Part shown: piece by piece, positions 1 to 10,058 of the stretch
Position numbering within the stretch: position 1 is the stretch's first letter
How the letters are laid out: each line of letters begins with the position of its first letter
DNA from: Patescibacteria group bacterium
Lineage (GTDB): Bacteria > Patescibacteriota > Patescibacteriia > Patescibacteriales > UBA12465
NCBI GenBank assembly: GCA_028687275.1
Contig: JAQUAK010000001.1
Coordinates: 507,024 to 571,023, forward strand
DNA: 64,000 nucleotides
Direction of reading: 5' to 3'
Position numbers and translations under genes: made by a program
The notes under the pieces: model-generated
The model's database searches: none
Told to the model about the DNA's origin: nothing
The model's input: only the letters and a program-made list of their open reading frames with translations

Positions 1-743
1 TCGCCACTATGGAAAGTGACCACCGCTAATCTTCCACCAACTTTTAATATTTTCGGAGTAGCTTCTAAAGCTTCTTTTAAACTGGCGAATTCATCATTAG
101 TAGCTAGGCGCAAGGCTTGAAAAACACGAGTAGCTGGATGGATTTTAGACTTCGAGAAACGGACGGGTGTAATTTTCAAAATAATATCAACCAATTCTTT
201 CGTAGTTTTAATAGGCTTACGCTTTCTCACCGTGATAATCTCTTTGGCCAAACGATAGGCCTGAAACTCTTCACCAAATTCTCTAAAAATTCTGGTTAAT
301 TCTGATAAAGGAGACGAATTGATAATTTTCTGAGTACTAATTACTTCCCCAGCGCCGAAGGCCATATCTAACGGCCTATCACCTTGAAAAGAAAAACCTC
401 GAGATTCATCATCTAATTGAGCTGAGGATAAACCTAAGTCAAAAACGATTCCATCCACTCCTTCTAAGGAATACTCTTCAGCGATGTCGGCTAGATTTCT
501 AAAATTGTTATGAACTAATATTACGTTTTGAAAATTATTATTTTTAATAATGCTCTCCGCATTTTTAATAGCCATTTCATCAGCATCAATCGCAATTACT
601 CTACCCTTTTGCCCAACCTCTTTAGCTAAAGCGCTAGTATAAGAGGCTCCACCTAAAGTACAGTCAATGTAGGTTTGCCCTGGCTGAGGATTTAATATCT
701 CAACCACCTCTCTTAAAAGTACTGGAATATGTTTATAGTCCAT
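1..743 (-). CDS. rsmH: 16S rRNA (cytosine1402-N4)-methyltransferase RsmH/MraW; the C-terminal part runs off the window edge
   Basis: Hand translation from ATG (rc of cat at 741-743) gives MDYKHIPVLLREVVEILNPQPGQTYIDCTLGGASYTSALAKEV..., the classic RsmH SAM-methyltransferase N-terminus. It sits directly downstream of mraZ, as in the dcw cluster. Missing from the ORF track only because it is truncated by the window. Confidence 0.85.
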   Translation of the reverse strand, partial: MDYKHIPVLLREVVEILNPQPGQTYIDCTLGGASYTSALAKEVGQKGRVIAIDADEMAIKNAESIIKNNNFQNVILVHNNFRNLADIAEEYSLEGVDGIVFDLGLSSAQLDDESRGFSFQGDRPLDMAFGAGEVISTQKIINSSPLSELTRIFREFGEEFQAYRLAKEIITVRKRKPIKTTKELVDIILKITPVRFSKSKIHPATRVFQALRLATNDEFASLKEALEATPKILKVGGRLAVVTFHSG

Positions 744-744
744 A

Positions 745-1176
745 CTAAATTCCTAAATCTCCTAATTCCTCAGCGATGCTATTACTATTTTCCTCAGCTG
801 TTTGTTTATATTTATTCCAAGTATCTTCATCCCAAATTTCTAAATGATTATACAAACCAGCAATAATAATTCCCTTTTTCAAACCAGAGAATTTACGTAA
901 ATATTCTGGCAAGGTCACTCGACCCTGATTATCAAAATCAACATCCATCGCCCCCGCCAACATATGGCGAGAAAAGGCACGAGCCTTAGCCTGACTAATC
1001 GGCAGAGCCGCGAACTTCTTTGCTATCTTTTCAAATTGCTCTTTAGAATACAAAAATAAGCAGTTATCCAAACCCTTGGTAACAACTGCTCCCTTTTTTA
1101 AAATAAGTCGAAATTTAGCTGGAATAGCTAGACGTCCCTTATCATCTAAATTATGATTGTATTCACCGATGAACAT
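745..1176 (-). CDS. mraZ: Transcriptional regulator MraZ
   Basis: 143 aa; MFIGEYNHNLDDKGRLAIPAKFR with duplicated MraZ/SpoVT-AbrB half-domains; position 5' of rsmH. Confidence 0.9.
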   Translation of the reverse strand: MFIGEYNHNLDDKGRLAIPAKFRLILKKGAVVTKGLDNCLFLYSKEQFEKIAKKFAALPISQAKARAFSRHMLAGAMDVDFDNQGRVTLPEYLRKFSGLKKGIIIAGLYNHLEIWDEDTWNKYKQTAEENSNSIAEELGDLGI

Positions 1177-1371
1177 AGAGTCTATTCGGGGGATAAAGTG
1201 TCAACAAGTTGATTCACCCTAATTCCCCACATTTCACCTTAATGGTTTAATTATACACCACCCAGCCCCTAGGGTCAACCCAAATAAACACCTAAAAATA
1301 AAGGAAATAATAAAAAAAGACGACTTTTTCCACAAGTCGCCTTGTTATTTAAAATATTACTTAAAAAGTTA

Positions 1372-1746
1372 TCAACAGGCAGGACCCTTTTTCTTTCCTA
1401 TATTTGGCTCTGACTGATATTCCGGCCGAACAGCTCGACCGCCTTTAAAATTAGAGACGCTATTACCCTGCAAAGGTCTAACTTCAATACCCAAAGCATA
1501 AGCCAAAGCATTGGCTGTTAAAATGCCAATGCGCAAAGACGTAAAATTACCGCCCTGATTCTGAACTCTGATTTCTTTAATCTGTTTGATATTAATCTTC
1601 TGGCTTTCTAGCAATTCAATGATCAAAGGCAATAATTTTTCAGCTTGTTGTCTTGGTGCCGCTACTCTTTTACTAACATCTTTACCTTTGATATTTAAAG
1701 AGACTAAAATGTCTGGCTCGACGGTAGTGTCAATTGTTAAGATCAT
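1372..1746 (-). CDS. tsaB: Short TsaB/YeaZ-like threonylcarbamoyladenosine biosynthesis protein (N-terminal domain only)
   Basis: 124 aa; MILTIDTTVEPDILVSL...ELLESQKINIKQIKEIRVQNQGGNFTSLRIGILTANALAYALGI matches the TsaB/YeaZ N-terminal ASKHA fold; too short for full TsaD. Confidence 0.55.
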   Translation of the reverse strand: MILTIDTTVEPDILVSLNIKGKDVSKRVAAPRQQAEKLLPLIIELLESQKINIKQIKEIRVQNQGGNFTSLRIGILTANALAYALGIEVRPLQGNSVSNFKGGRAVRPEYQSEPNIGKKKGPAC

Positions 1747-2704
1747 ATGATTGCAATATATTTTCTAATTCACTTAGATGTGAAACTTGAACTAGCTGGC
1801 TACGTAATTTACTGGCACCAGGCAAACCCTGAACATACCAACAAGCATGTTTACGCCATTCCACTAAAGCCCCTTCTCCTTTTAGTTTAACCAACGAAGA
1901 AGCGTGCTGATAAAGCAAGCGACTAATCTGAGCTTGGCTGTATTCAGTACTTTTGCCTTCTTTTATCTCTTGAAATAGCCAAGGACGAGCTAAAGCGCCG
2001 CGAGCTAAGCCTAGACCATCGGCGCCACTCAAATGAAGGGCTGCTTGTGCCGTCTCTAAATCAACAACACCACCATTCATTAATATTACGCCATTAAAAT
2101 AAGGCCTTATCTTCTCCACCAAACTAAAATCAGGCGCCCCCACAAAACCCTGTTTCAAAGTCCTTCCATGAATCATTAGGGCAGCAACTGGTAAATCAGA
2201 AATGCTCTTTATAAACTCAAGTGCGGTTACATCACCAGACTGAGCCCTAATTTTAATTGATACAGGTAAAGAAGTTGATGCTAAAACCGCTTCAATTACC
2301 GCCCTAGCTTGCTTTAAGTTTTTCATTAACTCTGCTCCTGAGCCTTGTTTTAAAACTTTGCCCACCGGACAACCAAAGTTAATATCAATTCCATGTGGTT
2401 TTATTTCTTTAGAGACAATCTTTGTTGCCACCGCAAAGTGCTCAGGGTTAGAGCCAAATAATTGCACGACAAATTTATGTTCACGTTTTTTGTTCCACCG
2501 CAAAAGATTGAGAGTTTCATTATCTTTTAAATTATCCTGATTATAAAATAAAGCTGTTACCGAGGCCATCTCACTATAAGTAACATCTGCCCCATAATCA
2601 GTGCAAATCTGACGAAAAGCAATATCAGTAAAACCAGCCATAGGCGCCATTGCCAAGACCGGTTTATTTGCTTGTTTAATTTTTAGCCAAAAATTATCTT
2701 TCAT
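1730..2704 (-). CDS. dusB: tRNA-dihydrouridine synthase (DusB-like)
   Basis: 324 aa; LAMAPMAGFTDIAFRQICTDYGADVTYSEMASV... FMN TIM-barrel Dus signature with conserved catalytic Cys region (NFGCPVGKV). Confidence 0.85.
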   Translation of the reverse strand: MKDNFWLKIKQANKPVLAMAPMAGFTDIAFRQICTDYGADVTYSEMASVTALFYNQDNLKDNETLNLLRWNKKREHKFVVQLFGSNPEHFAVATKIVSKEIKPHGIDINFGCPVGKVLKQGSGAELMKNLKQARAVIEAVLASTSLPVSIKIRAQSGDVTALEFIKSISDLPVAALMIHGRTLKQGFVGAPDFSLVEKIRPYFNGVILMNGGVVDLETAQAALHLSGADGLGLARGALARPWLFQEIKEGKSTEYSQAQISRLLYQHASSLVKLKGEGALVEWRKHACWYVQGLPGASKLRSQLVQVSHLSELENILQSYDLNN

Positions 2705-2705
2705 G

Positions 2706-4109
2706 CTACTTCTTTTTAATTATTTGTCCATCGCTATTATCTTCAACTAAATAACCAGCTTCATTTATTTCTACCCGTAAGCTATCGGCTAAGCTCCAAT
2801 TCTTTTCATCTCTAGCAACTCTCCTTTTTTCTATTAAAAATTGTATCCTCTCAGGTAAACTTTCTTCTTCAAGTTCAATAGACAGGTCTTTAGCTTGAAT
2901 AATTAAAGACAAACCTAGAACTTGATCGAAATTTTTTACCCCAGCTAATTTATCACTATCGGCCAAATCAGACTTCAACATTTTAAATAACACTGCCAAG
3001 GCTTGAGGCATATTTAAGTCTTCATTAATAGCGGCTTGAAAATCTGATCGGAAAACCTCATCAACTTTTCCTATAGTCTCTCCCAGGCCTACTACCTGCA
3101 AAACTAAGGCCGCTAAGCCTTTTTCAGCCTGAAGCAAGCTGGCCTCACTATATTCCATTGGCTTGCGGTAATGCACCTGTAGGGCGGCAAAACGATAGGC
3201 CAAAGGATTAATACCTTTTTTAGTTAAAGCCTTATCAAGAGTTAAAAAATTATCATCGCTTTTAGCCATTTTCTTGCCACCGATTATATTTAAAAAAGCT
3301 CCGTGCAACCAGTAATTAACATACTTTTTGCCGGTAGCGGCTTCACTTTGAGCAATTTCATTAGTGTGGTGAATATTAATATGATCAACCCCACCACAAT
3401 GAATGTCAAAAGTTTCACCCAAATATTTCAGGCTCATAGCTGAACACTCCAAGTGCCAGCCAGGAAAACCGACGCCCCAAGGAGAACTCCATTCCATTTG
3501 TCTTTTGCTCCCAGCAGGAGAAAATTTCCAAATAGCGAAGTCGGTTGGATTTTTCTTTTCTATATTCTTCTCTACCCTGGCGCCCTCTTTTAACTCATCT
3601 AAATCGAGGTGACTGAGGCGATTATAGTCAGGAAATTTAGAAGTATCAAAATAAATACCATCGCTAGTAGAATAAGTATAGCCTTTCGTTTCCAAAGTTT
3701 TAATTAAATTAATTTGCTCATTGATATGGTCGGTCACCCGGCACCAAATATCAGGAGGAATAATATTAAGTAATTCCAAATCTTCCTGAAAAGCATCAGT
3801 ATAATAAGCCGCAATATCCCAAGCGCTACGACCTTCACGAGCTGCTTTCGTTTCTACCTTATCTTCTCCCATGTCCATATCACCGCTAAGATGACCAACG
3901 TCGGTAATATTCATCACCCGCTTTAATTTATAATTATTATAAATAAGAGTACGCACCAGAAAATCTTCAAACAAATAGGTGCGTAAATTACCTAAATGAG
4001 CAAAATTATAAACGGTCGGACCACAGGTATAAACACCTACGTGAGAATCACTAAGCGGCACAAACTTTTCCTTTTTTAAACTCAATGTATTGTATAAATA
4101 TAAATCCAT
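2706..4109 (-). CDS. cysS: Cysteine--tRNA ligase
   Basis: 467 aa; HIGH-type motif (CGPTVYNFAHLGN), zinc-binding region and KMSKS-like KMAKSD; overall class I CysRS layout. Confidence 0.9.
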   Translation of the reverse strand: MDLYLYNTLSLKKEKFVPLSDSHVGVYTCGPTVYNFAHLGNLRTYLFEDFLVRTLIYNNYKLKRVMNITDVGHLSGDMDMGEDKVETKAAREGRSAWDIAAYYTDAFQEDLELLNIIPPDIWCRVTDHINEQINLIKTLETKGYTYSTSDGIYFDTSKFPDYNRLSHLDLDELKEGARVEKNIEKKNPTDFAIWKFSPAGSKRQMEWSSPWGVGFPGWHLECSAMSLKYLGETFDIHCGGVDHINIHHTNEIAQSEAATGKKYVNYWLHGAFLNIIGGKKMAKSDDNFLTLDKALTKKGINPLAYRFAALQVHYRKPMEYSEASLLQAEKGLAALVLQVVGLGETIGKVDEVFRSDFQAAINEDLNMPQALAVLFKMLKSDLADSDKLAGVKNFDQVLGLSLIIQAKDLSIELEEESLPERIQFLIEKRRVARDEKNWSLADSLRVEINEAGYLVEDNSDGQIIKKK

Positions 4110-4113
4110 ATGA

Positions 4114-4941
4114 TTATTTAAGCCAAGACTTTAAAGACTCCTGAAAGGCATTAAGATTAAGTTTTAAGCTAGGAGACAATGGTAAAGGCTCATATAATTT
4201 TATTTGCTCACTTAAAGAAGTTCTTAAACGAGACAATAAGGTTCTTTCGCTAACAGTTGCCTCTTCCTGTTCTAATGATTCACATAGATCAGCTAATTCA
4301 TTTTTATCTAAAGATAAATAAAAGGCTGGAATATTTTTTAACTTCCCCAAAAGCAAAGCCCCGTTTTCTACGCGGGCACCATATTTTACTTGCGCGCCAC
4401 CCTGCAACATCTTATTGGTTACTTTTTTTTCTTTTTTGCTCTTGCCTGTATTGCCTTCAATATTAATAACCTCATCTATACCACAAACAACTAAGCCAGT
4501 ATTACGATCAACAATTAACTGATCAACGCCATTTTCATAATCATCGTAACGAGCAGAACGTAACACCATTAAATTTGGTGGCAATAACTTTTGTAAAACA
4601 AGGGTTAGAGCAATTTCTGTTAAATTAGATGGGTTTTTTTCTTTATCCAGTCGCCACTGCTCAAGACTCTTGCCGCTCTCTCTAGCCCAAGCATTCTCTT
4701 TATCATCGCACAGAGCCTCATCTTGCTCCCATTCAGGATGTTCAATCATAGAAATGCTTCCATCTTCCTTCAACCAAGTGTAGGGATAATACTGATTATA
4801 TTTTTCCACTTGCAGCGCTAATTTCTGCTTCATTAAAGGCAAAAATGATTCTAAGCGACGTCTAGGTCGATTATAATTACGCTCATCAATTTTTATTTTA
4901 TCCCCAACTTTAATGTTAGGTGAGTATTCAATATTATTCAT
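4114..4941 (-). CDS. Hypothetical protein (275 aa), no recognisable motif
   Basis: Long ORF with consistent codon usage, placed 4 nt after cysS; no family assignable from sequence. Confidence 0.5.
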   Translation of the reverse strand: MNNIEYSPNIKVGDKIKIDERNYNRPRRRLESFLPLMKQKLALQVEKYNQYYPYTWLKEDGSISMIEHPEWEQDEALCDDKENAWARESGKSLEQWRLDKEKNPSNLTEIALTLVLQKLLPPNLMVLRSARYDDYENGVDQLIVDRNTGLVVCGIDEVINIEGNTGKSKKEKKVTNKMLQGGAQVKYGARVENGALLLGKLKNIPAFYLSLDKNELADLCESLEQEEATVSERTLLSRLRTSLSEQIKLYEPLPLSPSLKLNLNAFQESLKSWLK

Positions 4942-4944
4942 AAA

Positions 4945-5622
4945 TTAAGGCTCCAAACGTACCGTATATGAAACTATCTCTTCATATTGCGGTAAAGATA
5001 AAGGGTTATTCTTTTTAAAAAATAATTCAGCGGGGGTAGAGGTGTCTACATTAAAAACTAAAGTGCTTTGGAATGATGTCCACCCGCCTATCGTCGAGTC
5101 ATCCTGGGCTTGAACAAGCCCAGTCGCCAACACTACTCCAGCTCTATCTTTAATAATTAAAGGAAAGTCACCTTCAAGCAACCAGGAAGCTTGGGCTCGA
5201 CCCGTAATTACATCACCATTGCGAACAACTTCATTTACCTGCGGTGAAATCAAAATTATTTCTTCTTCCTTTTTACCGCTCTTATCTATTTCGTCATCAG
5301 TAACAACAGTTGAATCGGAAATAACATTAGAGACCGGCGATAGCGCCTCCGAAGAACTGGCTACTACAGATAATTTATCTAACTCATCTTCCGCTGGCAT
5401 CAAATTTTCATTATTTAATATATTGGCTAAAGCTTTCAGCTCTGCATCAATTGATAAGTCATTCGCACAAAAACTAGTTGGCTGAGAAGTGCGAGGATTA
5501 CCGTCTGCAACCCAAACTCCGTGTTCACACACCCAACGATTGGTTGGGCTGCTAACTCTTAAAATTAGAGCCGAAACAATAACAATAGCTCCGACAATTA
5601 ACCAAATTTGACTCTTTTCCAT
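4945..5622 (-). CDS. Hypothetical membrane-anchored protein (225 aa), single N-terminal TM and extracytoplasmic Ser/Asp-rich region
   Basis: N-terminal hydrophobic helix (IWLIVGAIVIVSALILRV); the C-terminal beta-rich part (GDVITGRAQASWLLEGDFPLIIKDRAG) is Ig-like/Gmad2-like at best. Confidence 0.45.
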   Translation of the reverse strand: MEKSQIWLIVGAIVIVSALILRVSSPTNRWVCEHGVWVADGNPRTSQPTSFCANDLSIDAELKALANILNNENLMPAEDELDKLSVVASSSEALSPVSNVISDSTVVTDDEIDKSGKKEEEIILISPQVNEVVRNGDVITGRAQASWLLEGDFPLIIKDRAGVVLATGLVQAQDDSTIGGWTSFQSTLVFNVDTSTPAELFFKKNNPLSLPQYEEIVSYTVRLEP

Positions 5623-5861
5623 ATAATCTAATTATATCCATATTTTAGCATAGATAACAAAAAAATCTATTTTTTAATAATTCCCACTTTATTGACGCAT
5701 ACTATTATCAGTGATACCATCATATGTGCTTACATTTGTGGTTTTTAGGTTTTCCACAAATAGGAGGATGCGTTGTTGATTATTAACAACCTCCTCCTTT
5801 TTTCTTATAAAAAACTCCCAAATATATTAGGAGAGTTTTTATAATCACTATATTTATATAT

Positions 5862-6221
5862 TTAGGCCTTTAATTTAAAATCTTCTTCAGCTAAACCACA
5901 AAATTTTTCATAGACATCGAGCTCCGATAATTGTCCACTAGTAGACTGCTCTAGAATAATGTTTCTGGCCGCCATTAATAATTCTTGATTATTAATCTGA
6001 TAGCCCATTCTTTTTTGGGCTTTAGCCAGCAGGTTAAGTAATTGCTCCTGCCAGCGACTAGCTCTATTATTCTCTACATCTTCGCCACAAATAAATTCAA
6101 AAAACTGCTGACGCCCCTCTAAACCATTTAAAATAAAATTAGCAATTTCATTGGCGCTTTTTTGCCAGTTTTTTTTATTCTTATCATAAACACCAGGCAA
6201 AGACTCAAATTGATTATGCAT
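5862..6221 (-). CDS. Hypothetical protein (119 aa)
   Basis: ORF only; no motif recognised. Confidence 0.4.
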   Translation of the reverse strand: MHNQFESLPGVYDKNKKNWQKSANEIANFILNGLEGRQQFFEFICGEDVENNRASRWQEQLLNLLAKAQKRMGYQINNQELLMAARNIILEQSTSGQLSELDVYEKFCGLAEEDFKLKA

Positions 6222-6253
6222 ATTTATGTTAATTAATTATTAACAAAATTAAG

Positions 6254-6327
6254 TGGTCGTTAGTGGACTCGAACCACTGACCTCTGCAATGTGAATGCAG
6301 CGCTCTAACCAGCTGAGCTAAACGACC
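6254..6327 (-). tRNA. tRNA-Val (anticodon CAC), no encoded CCA
   Basis: rc reads GGTCGTTTAGCTCAGCTGGTTAGAGCGCTGCATTCACATTGCAGAGGTCAGTGGTTCGAGTCCACTAACGACCA; cloverleaf folded by hand: 7-bp acceptor, D arm GCTC/GAGC, anticodon loop TTCACAT, T loop TTCGAGT. Confidence 0.8.
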
Positions 6328-6337
6328 GCCGCACTTG

Positions 6338-6421
6338 TGCCTGAAGGGGGACTCGAACCCCCACCTTCTTACAAAGACTAGCACCTGAAGCTAGCGCGTC
6401 TACCAATTCCGCCATCCAGGC
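6338..6421 (-). tRNA. tRNA-Leu (anticodon CAG), type II with long variable arm, no encoded CCA
   Basis: rc reads GCCTGGATGGCGGAATTGGTAGACGCGCTAGCTTCAGGTGCTAG...GGGGGTTCGAGTCCCCCTTCAGGCA; anticodon loop TTCAGGT; acceptor 7 bp with one G-U. Confidence 0.8.
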
Positions 6422-6509
6422 TCTTTTAACCCTAATAATAGCTTGCCATAAACGCTATTATTTGTAAAGAATACTAGTCTCCATACTTTTGAAGTGCTAT
6501 AATTTATAA

Positions 6510-7151
6510 ATGCTAGATTTAATTAGTGAGGGAAAAATATTTAAAAGTGGCTATCATTTAGTAGGAGGCATTGATGAGGCTGGACGAGGCCCTCTAGCCG
6601 GTCCAGTGGTAGCCGCCTGCGTTGTTATCGGGCCCAATTTTCAAATTGACAGCGATGAATTAAAATTAGTAGCAGATTCCAAAAAGCTTAGCCCTAAAAA
6701 AAGAGAATTACTATTTAAAATAATAAAAGAAAAAGTAGAGGCAGTAGAAATTGGCGTAGTTAATAATCGTGTTATCGATAAAATCAACATTCTGCAAAGT
6801 ACTTTTGCTGCTATGCGTCAATCTCTAGAGAGGCTCACACTTCAGCCAGACTACCTATTAATTGATGGCAATCTAAAGTTACCCGGAGTCAAACAAGAAC
6901 AAAAGGCTGTAATTGATGGTGATGCTAAAATTTTTTGTATTGCAGCTGCTTCAATTATAGCCAAAGTCAGTCGTGATTGGCTGATGCTAGAAGCAGATAA
7001 AAAATATCCCGAATATGAATTTGCCCAACATAAGGGCTACGGCACCAAAAGGCACCTAGAAAGAATAAAAGAATTTGGACCCTGCCCCCTCCATCGTCTT
7101 AGCTTTGCCCCCTTCACCATTAAAAAAGACAAGAAAAAAAGTGCCTCTTAA
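6510..7151 (+). CDS. rnhB: Ribonuclease HII
   Basis: 213 aa; the GIDEAGRGPLAGPVV motif is the RNase HII active-site signature. Confidence 0.9.
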   Translation: MLDLISEGKIFKSGYHLVGGIDEAGRGPLAGPVVAACVVIGPNFQIDSDELKLVADSKKLSPKKRELLFKIIKEKVEAVEIGVVNNRVIDKINILQSTFAAMRQSLERLTLQPDYLLIDGNLKLPGVKQEQKAVIDGDAKIFCIAAASIIAKVSRDWLMLEADKKYPEYEFAQHKGYGTKRHLERIKEFGPCPLHRLSFAPFTIKKDKKKSAS

Positions 7152-7182
7152 CGGGGGGCACTTTTTTAGAATATAGAATATC

Positions 7183-7878
7183 CTAAATTTTTGGCAAAAT
7201 TGCCGTTAAACCAAGCACATTTTTAAATATACATGCTTTTGACACTCCAGCCTGAACAAACTCTGAATAGGTATGCAGACCGCTAGTAATACCAGCGAAA
7301 CTAAGCGTCGGATCATGGCGACGGGCTACTTCAAGGTCGTGAGCAATACTATCCCCAACATAAAGCGTTTCATCTGGCTTGAAATTTAGATTTTGCCAGA
7401 AATAATGAAAAGCCCTAGGATCAGGCTTACTAAAGCCCTTATCAGGAGTCTGAATGTGTCGGAAAAGATCCATGCTAATCCCCTGCTGTTCTAAGCGCCA
7501 AATCAACCCCTCGGCGTCACGGTTAGTAACAATACCAAGCTGATAACCTCTTTCGACTAAAGACTCTAGCGACTTAATTAATCCTGGTTGATGATCATAA
7601 GTAACATCATAAGATAAATCCAAAAATAGATTAATAACCTTCTGATTACTTCCATCTGGCCAATTTAGCTTTTTGGCCAACAAAGGTATTAATTCTGCTT
7701 CCAAGCGGTAGCCCCACATAAGACGTAATTCATCAAAGCTTGGCTGTCTTAAGCCGCACATAGAAATGGCCTTGATTAAAGTATTAATACCGACCATAGT
7801 TGACCACAGTAAAACTCCGTCAACATCAAAAATTACATTTTTTTTCTTCATCTTTATTTGTTTTTTGTGAAAGATCAA
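7183..7878 (-). CDS. HAD-superfamily hydrolase (subfamily IA-like phosphatase)
   Basis: 231 aa; HAD motif I VIFDVDGVLL, motif III/IV (YVGDSIAHD). True start may be an internal Met (M10/M12). Confidence 0.75.
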   Translation of the reverse strand: MIFHKKQIKMKKKNVIFDVDGVLLWSTMVGINTLIKAISMCGLRQPSFDELRLMWGYRLEAELIPLLAKKLNWPDGSNQKVINLFLDLSYDVTYDHQPGLIKSLESLVERGYQLGIVTNRDAEGLIWRLEQQGISMDLFRHIQTPDKGFSKPDPRAFHYFWQNLNFKPDETLYVGDSIAHDLEVARRHDPTLSFAGITSGLHTYSEFVQAGVSKACIFKNVLGLTAILPKI

Positions 7879-7934
7879 TAAAAAAGATTAAGTTAAACTT
7901 AATCTTTTTATTTAAACTCAAATTATTATTTATG

Positions 7935-9224
7935 TCAACTTAAAGTTATTTTAAAAAACAATATTTTTTCTTCGCCGCTCTTCATGTCTTTTATTTTATA
8001 CTGACCAGCTATTTTCTCCTCGGTACCATAAATTATAACTTTGGCGATACCCTGCTTATTAGCAAAATCTAAAGCCTTGCCTGGACGCTGCGGCTCAAAA
8101 GCAAATAAGACCTCTTTACCCTCTTTTCTTAGCTTAGAAGCCAAAAGTTGACTATCAGACAAAAGCTCTCCGTTAAGTAGCGGAAAATAGTAGCGCTCGT
8201 CATTAATCTTTGGCAATAGATTCCAGCTTTCTAAAAATAATTTAGTAGTCTCATCGCCAGGAGCGACGCCAACTGCAGGAAAACTCTCAGTGCCAAATAG
8301 TTGAGCTAAACCATTATAACGACCACCGCCAAATAAAGCACGGCGATTGTCAGGATGATTATCAAAAACCTCGAAGACTAAGCCGTCGTAATAATCAAAA
8401 CCACGAATTAAAGCTGGATCAAATTTAACTTGCTTATAGCCAAGGGCCTGAAGATGGTTAAGTACAAAGTCAATTTCCTGCTTAGCTGTTTTTAAATCTT
8501 TATTATTATTTAAAGCCTCCGTTAAAACATCTTGCTGATTACCAGCCATAAAGTCATTTAATAATTCAGCTGATTCTGTGCTAATTTTCAATTCTTTCAA
8601 ACGACGTTTAAATTCTTCTGGAGTTAATTTTTCAAACTTATCTAAAATCCTAAAAACCAAAGCAGGTTCACTTATCTTAATACCAAAAATAGGTAATAAA
8701 TTATCAAGCAAACGTCGACTATTAAGGCGCAGGGTATAGGATTCGAGTGGGGCGCCAAAAGCCTGCATAATATCTAAAGATAATTGTAAAATTTCTAAGT
8801 CAGCCGCTAAAGAAGCGCTACCAAAAATATCACAGTTCAATTGCCAAAACTCGCGATTACGACCACGCTGAGGCTTCTCATTGCGCATAAAATTAGCAAT
8901 CGAGAAAAATTTCAAAGGCTTGGGTGAGGACGCATAAATTTTAGAAACGAGACGAGTTACGGAGGGCGTCATTTCAGGACGTATACAAAGTTCTCTTCCG
9001 CCCAAATCGGTAAAAGTCACTAATTCTTTACCACCAATATCTTCACCCGATTTAGCACGATAAATTTCTGCTGACTCTACTAGGGGCGTTAAATACTCCT
9101 CAAAACCATAACTGTGACAAACTCGGCGCCAAGTATTAAAAATATACTGACGAATCGCAAATTCTTCTGGCAACCAGTCACTGGTTCCCTTCGGCTCTTG
9201 ATTACTTAACTTAACTTTAGTCAT
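7935..9224 (-). CDS. hisS: Histidine--tRNA ligase
   Basis: 429 aa; class II aaRS motifs and HisRS-specific regions (RPEMTPSVTRL, FGGGRYNGL); C-terminal anticodon-binding domain. Confidence 0.9.
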   Translation of the reverse strand: MTKVKLSNQEPKGTSDWLPEEFAIRQYIFNTWRRVCHSYGFEEYLTPLVESAEIYRAKSGEDIGGKELVTFTDLGGRELCIRPEMTPSVTRLVSKIYASSPKPLKFFSIANFMRNEKPQRGRNREFWQLNCDIFGSASLAADLEILQLSLDIMQAFGAPLESYTLRLNSRRLLDNLLPIFGIKISEPALVFRILDKFEKLTPEEFKRRLKELKISTESAELLNDFMAGNQQDVLTEALNNNKDLKTAKQEIDFVLNHLQALGYKQVKFDPALIRGFDYYDGLVFEVFDNHPDNRRALFGGGRYNGLAQLFGTESFPAVGVAPGDETTKLFLESWNLLPKINDERYYFPLLNGELLSDSQLLASKLRKEGKEVLFAFEPQRPGKALDFANKQGIAKVIIYGTEEKIAGQYKIKDMKSGEEKILFFKITLS

Positions 9225-9378
9225 AGAAATTATTTAATTTATTCCATTTTTATTATAAAACAGCTATCTAGCCTTGTCCACTCTTTTAATATTTATGTTC
9301 AAAAATTTTTAAGTCGTATTTAGGATAAAAAAGTTATGATGAAATAGCTCCAAGCTAGAGAGCTTAATTATAAATAAT

Positions 9379-10056
9379 ATGAAAATATTAATTATTGATG
9401 ATGAAAAAGACATTGTGGCTTTTTTAAAGCGTGGACTAAAGGCTAAGGCCTATGTAGTTGACACTGCATATGATGGCGAAGAGGGCTCCTATCTTGCCCT
9501 TAGCGGGCATTATGATTTAATTGTCTTGGATAATAATTTACCAAAAATGGAGGGAGTCCAAGTTTTAAAAAATATTAGACACGCCGGTATTACTACCCCA
9601 ATTTTAGCCTTAACTGTTAACACCACCTTAAAACAAAAAGGAGAGATGTTTCAAGAAGGCGCTGATGACTATTTAACTAAACCATTCTTATTTGATGAAT
9701 TCATCTGGCGCGCTGAAGCTTTATTACGCAGACCAAAAATAATTAGAGACAAAGTTTTAAAAATGGGGAAATTACATTTAGACACGCGTAACCAAGTAGC
9801 CCTTAGAAAAGGTCGTAAAATATATTTAACTGGCAAAGAATATGCTCTCTTAGAATTATTTTTTCATCGTCGTGATGAAATTTTATCACGCAGTCAAATT
9901 ATGGATCAAGTGTGGGAAAATAATGCTGACCCTTTTTCTAATACGATTGAAGCTCATGTTATGAGCTTACGTAAAAAAATAAATCTGCCTGAAGAGATAG
10001 ATTATATTCACACTTTTGCTGGCCGTGGCTATAAATTTAGTCTTAGCCGCCTCTAG
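9379..10056 (+). CDS. OmpR/PhoB-family DNA-binding response regulator (orphan, no kinase nearby)
   Basis: 225 aa; receiver domain (MKILIIDDEKDIV...DLIVLDNNLPKMEG) plus C-terminal winged-helix trans_reg_C. Confidence 0.85.
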   Translation: MKILIIDDEKDIVAFLKRGLKAKAYVVDTAYDGEEGSYLALSGHYDLIVLDNNLPKMEGVQVLKNIRHAGITTPILALTVNTTLKQKGEMFQEGADDYLTKPFLFDEFIWRAEALLRRPKIIRDKVLKMGKLHLDTRNQVALRKGRKIYLTGKEYALLELFFHRRDEILSRSQIMDQVWENNADPFSNTIEAHVMSLRKKINLPEEIDYIHTFAGRGYKFSLSRL

Positions 10057-10058
10057 CT

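Noticed and set aside
2358-5485. Plus-strand 60-90-aa ORFs (2358-2540, 3403-3612, 4257-4466, 5219-5485) antisense to dusB, cysS and the hypotheticals
   Set aside because: Embedded antisense to well-supported genes, no ribosome-binding sites, low-complexity products.
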